In this document: in pieces, positions 27,238 to 40,411 of the stretch
Position numbering within the stretch: the stretch's first letter is position 1
Layout: the number at the start of each line of letters is the position of its first letter
Assembly: GCA_040954595.2 (NCBI GenBank)
Contig: CM082576.2
Span: 4,686,760-4,750,759, forward strand
Length of the DNA: 64,000 nt
Origin: Balanoglossus misakiensis
Lineage: Eukaryota; Animalia; Hemichordata
Direction: 5' to 3'
Translations under genes and position numbers: made by a program
The notes under the pieces: generated by a model
Databases searched by the model: none
What the model saw: only the letters and a program-made list of their open reading frames with translations
Told to the model about the DNA's origin: nothing

Positions 27238-27562
27238 GCAGGGTACATTTCACAGCCAGGAGGAATTGTTCAAACTGTCTCAGCCTATAGTGTTTTACTA
27301 TAGTCCTCCACATCCACCACTTTACCCATAAAAACTTACAACTCTAATTTCGAAAAAAAGAACGCTTTAGGTAACGAGAAGAAACTTGTTAATATCTTAT
27401 TAAAAGTTACTATCCAAACTTATTAATAGTCGGAAAGTCCATTGCCTCATTTTCCTTATGGGATGATATCATTAAAAGACACGCAAATCATTCTCTCGGC
27501 GGTAAATCCAAGTGCGTCACAGCTGGTGGTTTGTACCATGTAGCGACATAGGGTACCTCTTA

Positions 27563-27785
27563 GGGGAGAACCATTTGATTTCTGGGTGGGGTGGATGGAA
27601 GATGTTTGGAGAAAAATTATTGTTGGCAGATGGTGCTGAGTAAAAGAAATTTCTTCTGCAATGCCTTGAGGAAAGATATGGACTGGCAACCGAAAACAAA
27701 ATTGCTGTTACAATGGCTGAAAAAGAAAGAGATTTGCTGACATATCAAAATCCCCCCTCCCCACGAAATCAAATGATTCTCCCCC
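27563..27785. mobile_element. ~220-bp MITE, PIF/Harbinger (Tourist)-like
   Basis: TIRs GGGGAGAACCATTTGATTTC (27563-27582) and GAAATCAAATGATTCTCCCC (27765-27784) are complementary at 19 of 20 positions. TTA lies immediately to the left; the right target site is eroded. Confidence 0.75.
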
Positions 27786-30700
27786 TCCTTATATTCAACC
27801 AGAACATGACCATGCCTGGAGCGGTGCATTAACACAATTATGGGTCTGATAGGCCTGTTTGATGGCGAGCTTCTTTTATTAGGATAAACGCCTTCTCATT
27901 GTGCCGACTTATTGGGACGAGATTTGGAAAGGCCATCGTGATGATGAGCCTCATCTGGTTACCATGGTGATCTAAATGTGGGTACTAAATTACCATATTA
28001 GTGGGAAATGATGGAAAACGCCTGGAATGGGCTAGGAATGAAAAATGACTTACACAAGAAACTGGGTTCATTCTGCGAGCGTATATTTATTTATAACTAC
28101 ATGTACTAGTATATTTTAGCCTGATAAAAATGGCTGATACATATATCCTTTATAAGTTGTCAAGCAATTTCTGACATGCGCGGGAGCCCGCTGCCACCAT
28201 CGCAACAGGAATCGGCGATTTTAACTTGTAGGTATACGGTCACCTCCAATTTACATATCGCCATATGTAGCTGAGCGGCGTATTTGAGTATTGTAAAGAA
28301 CGTATAATGGCGCTCTTTTTTCGCGTGTGCCACCCACTGCAAATCTGTGGCTGGTTAGATCTCAATTTACCTTGGTAACTGTAGCTAAATTTGCATAGGT
28401 GACCGTATACCTTTAAAAGCCTCATGTTGGAACGCGACAACGAACTATGCAACGTCATCAGATCTTGTTGTGGTATGAGAAAATCCTGGATCCTAGATAC
28501 AGTTTCCAGCTGTCAAGCAACAAATCTGCAGCCAATCACGTCGACATCCGTGGTCGTCGGCTCATCCGTGGTTGGCCTACAAAGAACAATACACAAACAT
28601 ATCTCCATTGTCATTCAAATGATGCCGCCAATTTCAAGTTGACGACACTGAGTCACGACCCAAAAGTGTTTCCGGGCGGGAAGGCACTGGCCACTTTCGG
28701 GGCGTCGTCGTGTCATCATTGACCGATAAACGGTATTCATCACGCCAAGTCTGAAAAAAAAACATTTCCAAGTTGACACAAGAAACGAATGCACCTATTG
28801 TCAGCCAAATCGAACTGTCAAGCAGGAATTTCGCTCAGACTGATTGAATGCTGTAACAACGCACACAGACACGAATGGTTTGAGGTGTTCAACAATTGGC
28901 CCTGTCAGACTAAATTCTCTGAGTATTTTAAAACCAAAGTAGGGCCAACACGCAGGAAATTCCCAGACGGTGCAAAGTCTTTGTCAGCGAAAAATTGATA
29001 CGCTGTCGGCGTACGCGATAATTGCCATCGGCGCAGTAAGATTTTTTTCTCCGGAAATTTGCCACTAAATCTGTCAGACACTGGTGCAGATAGCGGCCAT
29101 TATACAGTAGGAAACGTTGTCGGGAATTAAGCCAAGCTACAACCACAATCAATAAATCCATCGCAAACTCAGGAGTTTTCATTTTGTTTAGGCCTACATT
29201 CACCTTCAGGTGTTTTTAACAACGGCGTGAAAACATTTTCCTACTAAAAAAAACCTTGCTGTACTCTTTGGGCCACAGGGATTTGTTCCCTTTGGCCATT
29301 TTTCAGTATTTTGCAGTACCGTGTGTTATTTCTTTTTCTTTTTTACGTATTTACATAAATACTTGGTACTTTGTCAACGTTCTATAGGCCTGCATGTGTA
29401 GTGCCCATTGTTATCGTTGTAAAAATGAATTCGAGTCCGCACTTAAATTCAATGTTCAACAATAACAGTGCTGAGTATACACAAAAATACCGAAACGTGA
29501 CAAGAGAGTACTGCACTGCTGTCTGCACTTATTAACTTTGAATATGCACAAGTTATCCCTAGAAATTCCAGAAGAATGCAAGTGAATGTTTTATGTTATC
29601 GGTGGAAGATTGCTACTGGGGACAATATACACTGCAAAAAGCCAAGAAATTGCTTCGATCATCTGTGATGTGTCTCTTATTGATGACAGTGATCTGTTCA
29701 GGTGTCTTGATACAACGATTCTGACAACCCCCTATTCATTAAAATATGATTGACAGGCCGCCATAAACTGCTCATCTCATCACCGTGGCTTTGAATTCTT
29801 AGAAGCAGATGCGTGTAAAGAAAGAATACCGAATTCAGCTTGGAAGCGAGCGTTACCGTTGAATAGTCTCCGATTAGTCGAGGACGTGAAATGGTAATTG
29901 CCCGCTTGCTCATAAAATGACTTTTGTGGTAACAACAAACATTCTTTAGAAAGCTGGGCATTAAAGGCGTAAAATCCGTGGGTAATATTCCTGTTTGACC
30001 TCGGTATGTTTTACGGACTTTGTACGACCGACACTACCCATGTATTTAACATTGTTGTTTACGCTATGTGACATATGTGCATGTATTGTGTGTCGTCTGG
30101 GCGCGAAATCCCAATGCGAGTAACGGCCACGATAAATCTTGTGAATACAGAATGAAAAAATAATTCGAGGAAACCCACAGAGGGGTTTGACGTAATTTAT
30201 CTGTACAGGACATCACGTACACAATTTATGTTTTAAAATCTTCCCTTTTCTACTGATTTATTTTTACAATATCACCATGGTACCGTTACACGCAAATCCT
30301 GCAATGACGATTTGAAACGGAGGATCATTTCAATGGAAGAGATCGCTTAAGGCGGACGCATGTCTTCTTTTGTGCAAAAGTGGCTTCGTTTTCCAAACCG
30401 TGGGCGTGTTACCGTTATTTTTAATTTTGTAGTTTTTTTGTTCACTGAAACATCATGAAACTGACGCAAACGTGTCGTAAAAAGTGCAACTCGCAGTGCG
30501 TGTTTGTAGCGTGACAACACCCTCAGTCCGTTCTCCAATTAAAGCTTACAAAAGCCATACATAAAGATAACATTGTCGTCTTTGTAAAAACAACCACAGT
30601 AAAACCATGCGCTTCAGTTCAAAACTTGTTTTACGTCAGAAGTCAATGTTAATTCTACGATTTTACGACTTTTTATGTTTCCTTTGTTATGCTTATCATC

Positions 30701-32360
30701 AAAATGTTTAGAAGCGTATGTCCGTCTGACGACATGCAGAGTTTGAGTCCAGAGCCACTACTTCAGACATGATAATCCAATTATTTCCAAAGCTGTCTCC
30801 AGGCTACAGGATAGTATACCGGCCTATATTTAGTTTTTGCCACAAGACCAATTTCCTTATTTAAATCCGGAACCGTTACTCAGACATGCCTAAGCCGATT
30901 ATGTTCAAACTTGGTACAAAGACAAATTGTAGTATGGTGTACGTCATGTGCACGTCAGCTTATATCTTGATGATACGAATTAATATGGCCGCCGGTTTAT
31001 CGTGCCTGAACAAATTCTATTCATTCTTGGTACGAGGTCAGAGTACATGTACATTGATCTTCATATATGAGCTACAACTCTGTGTATTGACCGCGAAATA
31101 TCTCTCGAATTTCAAGAATATAGCATTTATATTTTTAACGACAACATCCATTTGCTGTTGCTGCACTGAGGTCATGGGCCTTTAATCAAACCCATGCAGC
31201 CAAACAAGTTTTTTACGGTGTTCTGTCGACCATACCAACCAAAAGCCTCATTGCGCCTCTTCCTGTACAAGCGTGTGAAGTCTGAACGATATAAAACGGG
31301 CGTTTAGTGATCTATCATTACCCACCACACGTGACGCAAGTTCCGTAACTGTATAGCTTCACGGAGCGTTACCCGGGAAACTTCAAATTGGAACGCACGA
31401 GCGCGCCGTTGCTAGGACGGCAGCTCCCGTTTCCAAGTGTGGTTTGCAGTCCTTGCAAGTTGGTGACAAACGAAGTTATAGTGTTTTACGGCGACATGAC
31501 CGCCTAGTTGGAGAAAACTGAGTGAAGCCATAGGAATTAACCGATAAATCTGCATCGATGAAATAAAAAGCCCGCAATAATTTCGGTTGCGGACAATCCT
31601 TATTGTACTGCTGCGTAAATCACCCTGGCGGAGTAAAAAGAAGTTAATGGGAAATCCAACATTGCTTCAAGACAAAAAACACATCCCAAGACTCCCAATT
31701 TGTGCGGGGTTATTAGAAAGGATTCGTCCAGTGTTATGTTGCCGGGCTAAAGTACTCCATCTACCATTTCTGACGCTTGATACCATTCCAATTTAACTAC
31801 ATTTGAGGCTTGATATCCCAACCTAGCATCAAACATCTCTCGTTGAACCATCCAATTTCTTCTGCATCTTCAGACACTGAGAACGTCACCGCCGAAAACC
31901 AAATCTAAAGACCTCCTTAGTGTTACCGTAAAAAATCCCACGGAGATTTAATCAGGATGACATTTAGAGGGAACAATACTTAGCAGACACTGTAACATTG
32001 ATAGGTTCCAGTGAATGCAATCCGTGTTCGATGGCTTGGATGGAAAAACCGCCAAATGCGTATCTCTTGGCAACTGCTATTCACTCTATTCAACCAACCC
32101 GCTCGTAAAGGCGTCTCATTGCTTTTGTGAAGAAATCTTCCAATCTTTGAATTTGTTCTGACTCGAAAGTCACTATCCACGGGGATCATTTCGCATTGTA
32201 TTCATCAATTCAGAAGGTTTTAATGACGTATTAAGTTGGCAATGTTCATGTCTGGCTTGCACCTGGCCAACGTGACGAAGACCCTGTTCGATGGACAGCG
32301 ACCGAGATGTGGTGAAAGCACATGCCCACAGTCGGAACGCCCCCCGCAAGCGGGAAAGAG

Positions 32361-32434
32361 TGAGAGAAGGGAGAGGGGGCGCAGAGAGACAGACTGACAG
32401 ACAGAGACGGATGGATTGAGAGAGAGAGAGAGAG
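32361..32434. repeat. Compound GA/GACA microsatellite
   Basis: Purine-rich run with GACA units, ending in (GA)8 at 32418-32434. Confidence 0.7.
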
Positions 32435-35400
32435 CAAACAAAGGCAGAGGCAGTCATTATTGAGACGAGCAGATTATATGACATTATCCAGACGTAATTT
32501 CGTTGTATGCCCATTCGATTCGTCACCGTTCATGAGATTCATGAGATTGTGCCATTCAGTATACGACACAACACTATGTGCTATTGACTACTATTTTATA
32601 TGGCATCGTTTACATTTTACTGTGTTATTTCACATTTGACCTACAAAATAGTTGATTGCATTACTTAGGATATATATTTTGTTATTTTCTAGAAAATCGA
32701 TATTTTTGAACATTATACAACGTAAACGTGTCCTACAAGAAAGACGTTGGTTGGATTGTTGTATACATGTAGTAGTCCCCAGAAATCCTTAGAATCACGA
32801 TCTCCGATGATAATGGCAGAGGATTTGTTATGTACACACATTTGTCACTCGCTACTGTGCAGCTTACAGTTGATTTCAATGCAATCTCCGGGTCCGGTGA
32901 ATTTACCAGTAATGAGTCAGTAATAATGATGTGTGGATTTTCTGGCGTTGTATCTGTATTCTTTATTCTTTTTGTGAGCCGTCCAGTTGCAGTACATGTC
33001 ATCAGGGATGTGATAATGCAAAGGAAATAGGGTTGACAGTTGAACTGAAATACCCTAGTATTCGATTGAAGCTGTGTACGTGTGCATTTTGGCAACATTG
33101 TACATCCTGACACGCTTCATTCTCACGATGTGCCATGATTGGTCAGAATGAGTCATGTGACAACGTGGTACTTCAAAAAACGGAAGACGGAACTTTTAAA
33201 AGGGCGTTGCCCCGGACCGCCGGCTAACCCTAGCAATTGCTGGGACGGCATGACAAGGTAACAGTTAGCATGTCTATTAATCAAAGTATATTACCATGCA
33301 TGTTTTAGTATGTCACCGTACATGATTCATTATACGGCCATGCATGATATATTTTATATCAAAATGCACGATTTCGGATCTCTCCGCCAACGGCAGTGGG
33401 ACTTAAGGTCTCCGCTGATCAGAATGCATTCAGAACTTCAAGTATACAGACACGATTTACTCCTTTCCCTGTATCGTTTTTCAATTTAAAAAATCCCACA
33501 TGCAATCAAATCAGATCATATCCCCGGGGCCAAAAACCATTACCTTTAGTTTTAATAATATTTTAGCGGTCAGCGAATATCGAATGTTGGTCTTCAAAGA
33601 GCAATAAATATCATGAGATATCATATTAAGGCAAAAGTTTATGGTCTGTCCCAAACCGATCCGAATCATTTGGGAATGGAGTGTACTCTCGACTTTAAAC
33701 AGGAATGCACTCTGTGTGAAATAATTATGGAAAAATGTCTTACGCTTACCGAACGTCAAGCTCATTGGAACTACTACATATGTATAATAAGATCTTGAAC
33801 ATTTTGTCAAAATTTGCTTGAAAATTTGCAATCTGGCAGATTTTTTGTGAAAACCCCGTAATTCTAATATTTATTTTGTAAAACAAGCCATGGGAAATCT
33901 AAATTAGAGGTGGTTGTTCCTCCACGAGAATTATAATGAACCATCTGGCATTCTCATCTCTATTCTGTCTAAAAACCGCGTGGACGTTGCTAACGGTATG
34001 CTAGAATTTCTGCTTGCTTAACCAGTCAAGCATCATGCCGTCCGCCACCACAACACCTTAACAGATGTGTTCCAAATGAAACTTATACGCTTTGTCTCAG
34101 TAATAAGCTCGTGCCTAGTTTTACATACTGTACGAACAAGATCATCAAAAATCCCTCAATACATGTAACAACATTCGACATCTTTATATCTCATGACACA
34201 ACAGTACTGTCAAATCTTGCCTCTGGTGACCTATAACATTTTCCATCTATCTAGGATTTGGCGCATGAATTGGCCTAGGGATAATAACCAATAATGTTGA
34301 CTTATACGTAAAATAAGCAGCGGCAAAGATAGCGCTATCCAGGGAGGAAAACATCTTTGACGTCACGTTGCGCTTCTACAGATAAAGGCTTGCAGCTGAA
34401 TATAATATGTCGAAGATTGGACACATTTCTGTCTGTCTGTCTCTGTCGATTCTTCTGTAAATAATTTTGTAAGACTGGGTTTACGTGAAGATGACATATG
34501 ATTAGAAAAGACCCCTAGGGAGTCTACGCCTATTGCAAAATCATATTTGTGAAGTTCTGATAAACGTTTTGTATTCTTTGTTTTTTGAAAGCAAACCTGT
34601 GGGTCGCAGTATTGCGTCGTCGCATTGCAATCTTCAGGGAGCAGTCACGTTTAACTGACTGTGGGCAGGTTGCATTTTGGTAGGGCCATCTTATTTTACA
34701 CAGGACCAGCAATTTATTGAAATGACAATACTTTCAACTGTACCGATCGCACACCAATCAGCGTCATAGCAGTCAATTGAAAGGACCACCTGGAAAACCT
34801 CAAGCTTCATTCTCCGATTATGCCTCCCCAGTAGATTACGTCCCCTTCCCCGGTACTCAGTGCTGTGTTTTCGTTTCAATGCGTATTCCAGAGTAAATTT
34901 ACCCCGAGGAAAGAACCTGTGCATCTAAGTAAAGTGTGCACAGCCAGAACATGCCCAAACTCATAATGGTTTTCCAATTGACTTCTGCAGAGTACAAAGT
35001 TACCGGGTCAACTATAGGGTGCTACATACTATTTATTTGTGACATAGTTCTTTTTTTATGCAGCATTACCATGGATACCACTAGACCCCAGTGCAGACGT
35101 TACAGTTGGTTTCACCCCTAAAAGGTATTCAAAAGTATTCTCGAATATAATGTGTGATTTGCTCTCTTCGTTAAGATATTTTCCTCGGTTTGATACACGT
35201 ATTCAGAAGCACCCCAGTCAGTTAGAATGAACGATCCCTTGAACACTTCCTCGCCAATCGGCGTTCAGTACCATCCTTTGTTTGCAAACACAGACCTGGC
35301 TGACGAGTTCGTTTCAAAATAGAACGATTTGAGTAAACAGAATATCCCGTTAAATGTCAACAGTCGCGTCACCATCTGCTCGGAATTAAGTGTGGGAATA

Positions 35401-36838
35401 TGGGTGAGGCTATTTGGAGTGTTTTCTCTCGTGTGGATTCTTTGCGCCAAGCAATAACATTTTTGACAATTTACCTACACTACGGTGAATTTGCGCAGTT
35501 TTTGAAAGTGTTTGCGCAGCGCAATCACTGGCAACTGTCGACACTGTTCTATCCAATATCGACGCCCGTTTTACACAGCGCACCACGGCGGGTCTCGGAG
35601 GGGTCGAAAACAATTCTTGAATTCGACATCGCTCTTTCCAGACCCAAGAGGAAAGCGATTGATTCAAAAAGTAATTTTCAGTCGGTGTCAACACCATCAA
35701 TGGGAGCTGTTGACATTTATGCCGTGCGGATAGGCTAATGCGTATGAATGGAGTTAGCGACTAGTTAGGCAACATCAGATTTGCGGAACAAAAGCGACGG
35801 TACAACGCCAGACTATTAAGTATGGTGCTCAGTTTGTCGCCATAGCAACCGATGGCGAATCCTTAAAAAAGATCTTGAATTCTGAATTGTGAATATATTC
35901 AAACAGGGTACAGTGTAGGAAATTCGACTGCGACATATACGTGCCCAGCTCCCATGACACTGTGTCCATGCTGTTCCAAGGTGTATATTAAAATCTTCGT
36001 CTTCACCATCACCGTGGTTATTGAAAAATAAAACTTGGGGATCAGCCATTCCTACCTGGAAGGCGTTGTCAGGATGAAGGGGTGAAATAATCGGGGGCAA
36101 GGTTAGATCAAAATTTTGTTCAAAATATTAAAGAGCGCGGCAACTCTGCAAACATTTTATTCAGTGATTTTTCTCTCCAGATTTTTGTCGACTCCATTTT
36201 AAACCAAGATGGTGGATCTTCACATTTCACAGAGCTGTATGCTTGAAATTGTCGATGCATACAAAGTAAACTGCGCATGCCTCTCAATGACAGGTCGTAA
36301 TTTGAAAATAGTCTCCCCTGGAACTTGCGTGGACACGGGCTGTTCTTTCTTGCTGTACACATTTTCTGAGCGCAAGGTGGGGTTGGAAATGCGATAAAAT
36401 ACAAATCAAACATGTGCTTAAGCTGACTGCTTTTACAGTTATGAACGATTTCTCGATTGAAACATTCAACCGGGACTCCAAATAACAACCGTAATAAAGA
36501 ATAATGTACTAATAAACCGACCATTCTGCATTCACTCGCCAATTAAGTTTATTGTTTTGGTAAGCTGTTGGTTGTGTGTAACAGCCTTCTATTTCTGGTG
36601 TGTGGCAATGAGGGCACTGTTTGAATGGCAGTTGAAATTTGCCAGATGTCGACAACATCGACAGGCCGCCGTGATTCGCACATGTCAAAACCGACAGGGC
36701 TTGTATTGCTAAAAGGTTTAATTTAGAGGCAGGGAGAGTATAATGCGAGCATATCAACCGAAAAGAAAATACATGAAAATGGCATTATTGGAGAGTTTAA
36801 TAGTCATTACTTCATTCACTTCGTGATTAGAGGCGTTA

Positions 36839-39800
36839 TAGTGCGGTATGGTATGTCAAGAAAAACAGCTCCCGTAGGATTTTTGTGCTAAAATTGTTTT
36901 TTTGCTTTTTTGGCTTCTATGGGGACCCAACTACCCGAAAATGATGGGGTGCAATTTTAAGGGCCCCTCCATCATATTTTTCTGGGGGGGGGGTACTTCC
37001 GTTTCATGGTATGATGTGTATTCCCGTAGGATTTTTGTGCTAAAATTGATTTTCTTTGCTGTTTGGCTTCAATGGGGACCCAACTACCTAAAAATCATGG
37101 GGTGCAATTTTTAGGGCCCCTCCATCAATTTTTTTTTCGGGGGGTCTCTTCTGTGTTGGTCACTCAAGGATATTTCTTCACCTATTTACTCTATCATCAT
37201 GGGAATTTGGGCTACAATTAATTTGTTTTTGTTGTTTTTGCTTTGGAGGGGACCCACCTGGCCAAAAATAATCGGGTGCAAATTATAGGGTCCCTCCATC
37301 ATTTTTTATTAGGGGGGGGACACTTTCATTTTGGCCACTCCGAAGTTGTTTGTCGGCCTATTTACTCCCTTCTCATAGAATATTTTGCTAAAAATATTAT
37401 TTTTCTTTGATGTTTTGGTTTCAATGGGGCTCCACCAGAACTAAAATGATGGGGTTCAAATTTTTGGAACCTTCCATCATGTCTTTGGGGGGGGGGGTAA
37501 TCATTTCTGTTTTGGCTACCCTGAAGGTACTTGTTCACCTATTTACTATAAGGTTAGTATTGTCGTGGTATTTCTTGCAATTTGGTTTGCTCTTTTGGCT
37601 TGAATGCAGACTGACTGCCGAAAAGTGATGGTGTGCTAAATGTTGGACCCCTTTACCACATATTTTGGGGGAGGGGGGGGGGGTTCTATATTTGTTTTCG
37701 CCAACCCGTTGTAACAGTTGTTTTTTAATCTTAGATTTTTTCGTTTATTCTAAATTTAGTATACTAAGGTAATTTAAAACCCCTTTTAATGTAATAAAGT
37801 ACATAAGGAAGTACCACGGAAGGTGCAATAAACAACCCAAGAAGCATAACGATTCTTTTCTGATATCTTGGTATTCTCAATCATCATTTTCACAAAAACC
37901 AGTTATGTTTGATCTACTCATCGTCAGTGTCGTTATTTTCAAGAACATTTTCCCTTAATTGGTTTTCAGTCTCCACCATAGCATTTACAGAGGGGAGTAC
38001 ATGGTAAATCATTCTTTGAGCAACTGCAACGTCCCCTACAACCTGCTTTGCAGCCACATTTGATAAGCTCTAGTACTGCCTTTGGTGCAGGGAGAGCAAG
38101 ACATTTTACTGGATAAAACACGCCATTCTCCGATTTCCACCCATTCTTTTCGATTGGTGGAAGTTCAGGACAATTTGTTGCGTATGATTTATCCCTCATT
38201 GTGATGAAGGGGTGGCACCCTTTTCACAGATCACGCAAATCTTGTTTTTATCTGACATATTAATTCTGTAGTTTATTGCAAAATGTCCAAATAGCTATCG
38301 ATCTGGAACGTAAAACGCGGCTTACGGTGCTAAGAAAATAGCCAATATGTATTTAGTAATAAAACTGAGATGTAGTTCACAGATTTTCAGTAGTATTGAG
38401 CTACAAAATGAGCCAAATTTGATATTGTTAATGTTTACCAAAACAAGTTTTAGAAGTAAGACATAATTCAAGGGCTTTTTACAGCACTATTACGCTATTG
38501 GCATGAAAATTTTGAAAATACTACTTTTAAATAGACAATACTTCAACTGATATGTACTTCACAGGCTTTATTTACGACAGTATTTAACTTTGAAATGAGT
38601 TCAATTGAATATCGTTTTGATACCCCAAGAAAAAAGTGTTGAACTAAAACATACTTGAGAGTTTTTGCACAGACTGATATCGGTGAGACTTTTAGTACAA
38701 TGGTAAATATCTCAGACATTGATTGTGCTACGAAAGAATAAAACACTTTTAACGAAAAAGTTCACATCTACACAGACTTTCACTAATTGCCCTGGGAAAG
38801 AGAAAAAAGAGTAACCCTAATATATTATACTATTTGGTATAGCCTAGTATACTATACTTTTGTAAACCATAGAAAACATAAGTGTGGTGATGAGTTGGGT
38901 GGCGGTCCAAGGTGAGGGGAGAAGTCCAAACCAGAGAGATATTTGTGGTTGATTTGTTAGTGTCATAATGCAACTAAGTATATATTTATAAAACTAAGAT
39001 AGCGCTGTAGTATATGTGACAACTGATATGTTTACCCCATAAACCGTCTAATATTTGTGATTCCCAAAATGTGGAGAGGCCCTAAAATTTGACCTCCCTC
39101 ATTTTTGAGCAGTTAGGTCCCCATAGAAGTTAAAAAAAGGAAATTGGAAGAAATCCTTTACAAATACACATGTCACACTATGAAGGTTAGATCAATGAAC
39201 AAATATCTCCGCGGCTGCTAAAACTAAAGTGACCCCCCCCCCCCCACCCTGCAAGAAAATGTGATGGAGGGGTCAAACAAATTGATTTCCATCATTTTGG
39301 GGATGTTTATTCATCATTCAAACCAAAACAGCAAATAAAACAAATAACTATTAGCAAAAACTCCTACGAGAATACACGAAATAGGTGAACAAATACCGTT
39401 AAGATTGTCGAAATGGAAGTACCCCCCCCCCACAAATGTAATAGAGGGGCCCTAAAATTTGCATGTGATCTTTTGCGACCAGGTGGGTCCCCATTTAAGT
39501 CAAAACAGCAAAAAAAATTCTTTAGCAGAATATTCTACGAAAATGGAGTAGATAGGTGAATAAATATCTTCGGGGAGGCCAAAACAGGAGTGACCCCCCC
39601 CCCGAAAAAATATGTTGGAGGGGCCCTAAAAATTTCACCCCATCATTTTCGGATAGTTGGGTCCCCATTGAAGCCACAACAGCAAAAAATTCAATTTTAG
39701 CACAAAAATCCTACGGGAATACACATCATACCACAAAACGGAAGTACCCCCCCCCAGAAAAATATGATGTAGGGGCCCTTAAAATTGCACCCCATCATTT

Positions 39801-40411
39801 TCGGGTAGTTGGGTCCCCATAGAAGTCAAAAAAGCAAAAAAACAATTTTAGCACAAAAATCCTACGGGAGCTGTTTTTCTTGACATACCATACCGCACTA
39901 GAACAAACAACTTCGGAGTGGCCAAAATGAAAGTGCCCCCCCCCCCCCAATAAAAAATGATGGAGGGGCCCTATAATTTGCACCCGATTATTTTTGGCCA
40001 GGTGGGTCCCCTCCAAAGCAAAAACAACAAAAACAAATTAATTGTAGCCCAAATTCCCATGATGATAGAGTAAAAAGGTGAAGAAATATCCTCGAGTGAC
40101 CAACACAGAAGAGACCCCCCGAAAAAAAATTGATGGAGGGGCCCTAAAAATTGCACCCCATGATTTTTAGGTAGTTGGGTCCCCATTGAAGCCAAACAGC
40201 AAAAAAAATCAATTTTAGCACAAAAATCCTACGGGAATACACATCATACCACGAAACGGAAGTACCCCCCCCCCCCAGAAAAATATGATGGAGGGGCCCT
40301 TAAAATTGCACCCCATCATTTTCGGGTAGTTGGGTCCCCATAGAAGCCAAAACAGCAAAAAAATCAATTTTAGCACAAAAATCCTACGGGAATACACATC
40401 ATACCACACTA
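36839..40411 (-). mobile_element. Internally deleted Academ-like DNA transposon with long modular TIRs and a 3-bp TSD (TTA)
   Basis: Termini TAGTG... and ...CACTA are flanked by TTA (36836-36838 and 40412-40414). About 510 bp of inverted arms (36839-37352 vs 39903-40411) are built from ~150-185 bp subrepeats. The interior holds a Cys-rich transposase C-terminus. Long TIRs, a 3-bp TSD and a C-terminal Cys8 finger are Academ properties. Confidence 0.8.
37914..38258 (-). pseudogene. Academ-type transposase remnant: N-terminal stub fused by deletion to the C-terminal Cys8/CXC finger
   Basis: ATG at 38258 gives MSDKNKICVICEKGATPSSQ*. It abuts, out of frame, ITMRDKSY...LPPIEKNGW...PAPKAVLELIKCGCKAGCRGRCSCSKNDLPCTPLCKCYGGD. 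Restoring 2 nt at ~37967 continues the frame as C-ENQLRENVLENNDTDDE* (TAG 37916-37914). Confidence 0.78.

Noticed and set aside
16670-27290. Giant ORFs of a 29-aa repeat (MTIFRLSEISKFLHFLTKSWVIAHENHPQ)n
   Set aside because: The 87-bp monomer is a multiple of 3 and happens to lack a stop in one frame. Stops (TAG ~20978 and ~21761, TGA 24480) and frameshifts are tolerated and even duplicated, which argues against coding constraint.
31740-31930. Minus-strand GRWS motif suggesting a DIRS-type tyrosine recombinase fragment
   Set aside because: Only four residues match, there is no upstream HxxR motif, and the surrounding frames are closed.
36839-40411. CACTA/EnSpm or Harbinger assignment for the large element
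   Set aside because: The ends are TAGTG...CACTA, the reverse of CACTA...TAGTG. The protein remnant is a Cys8/CXC tail typical of Academ rather than of Harbinger or EnSpm proteins.
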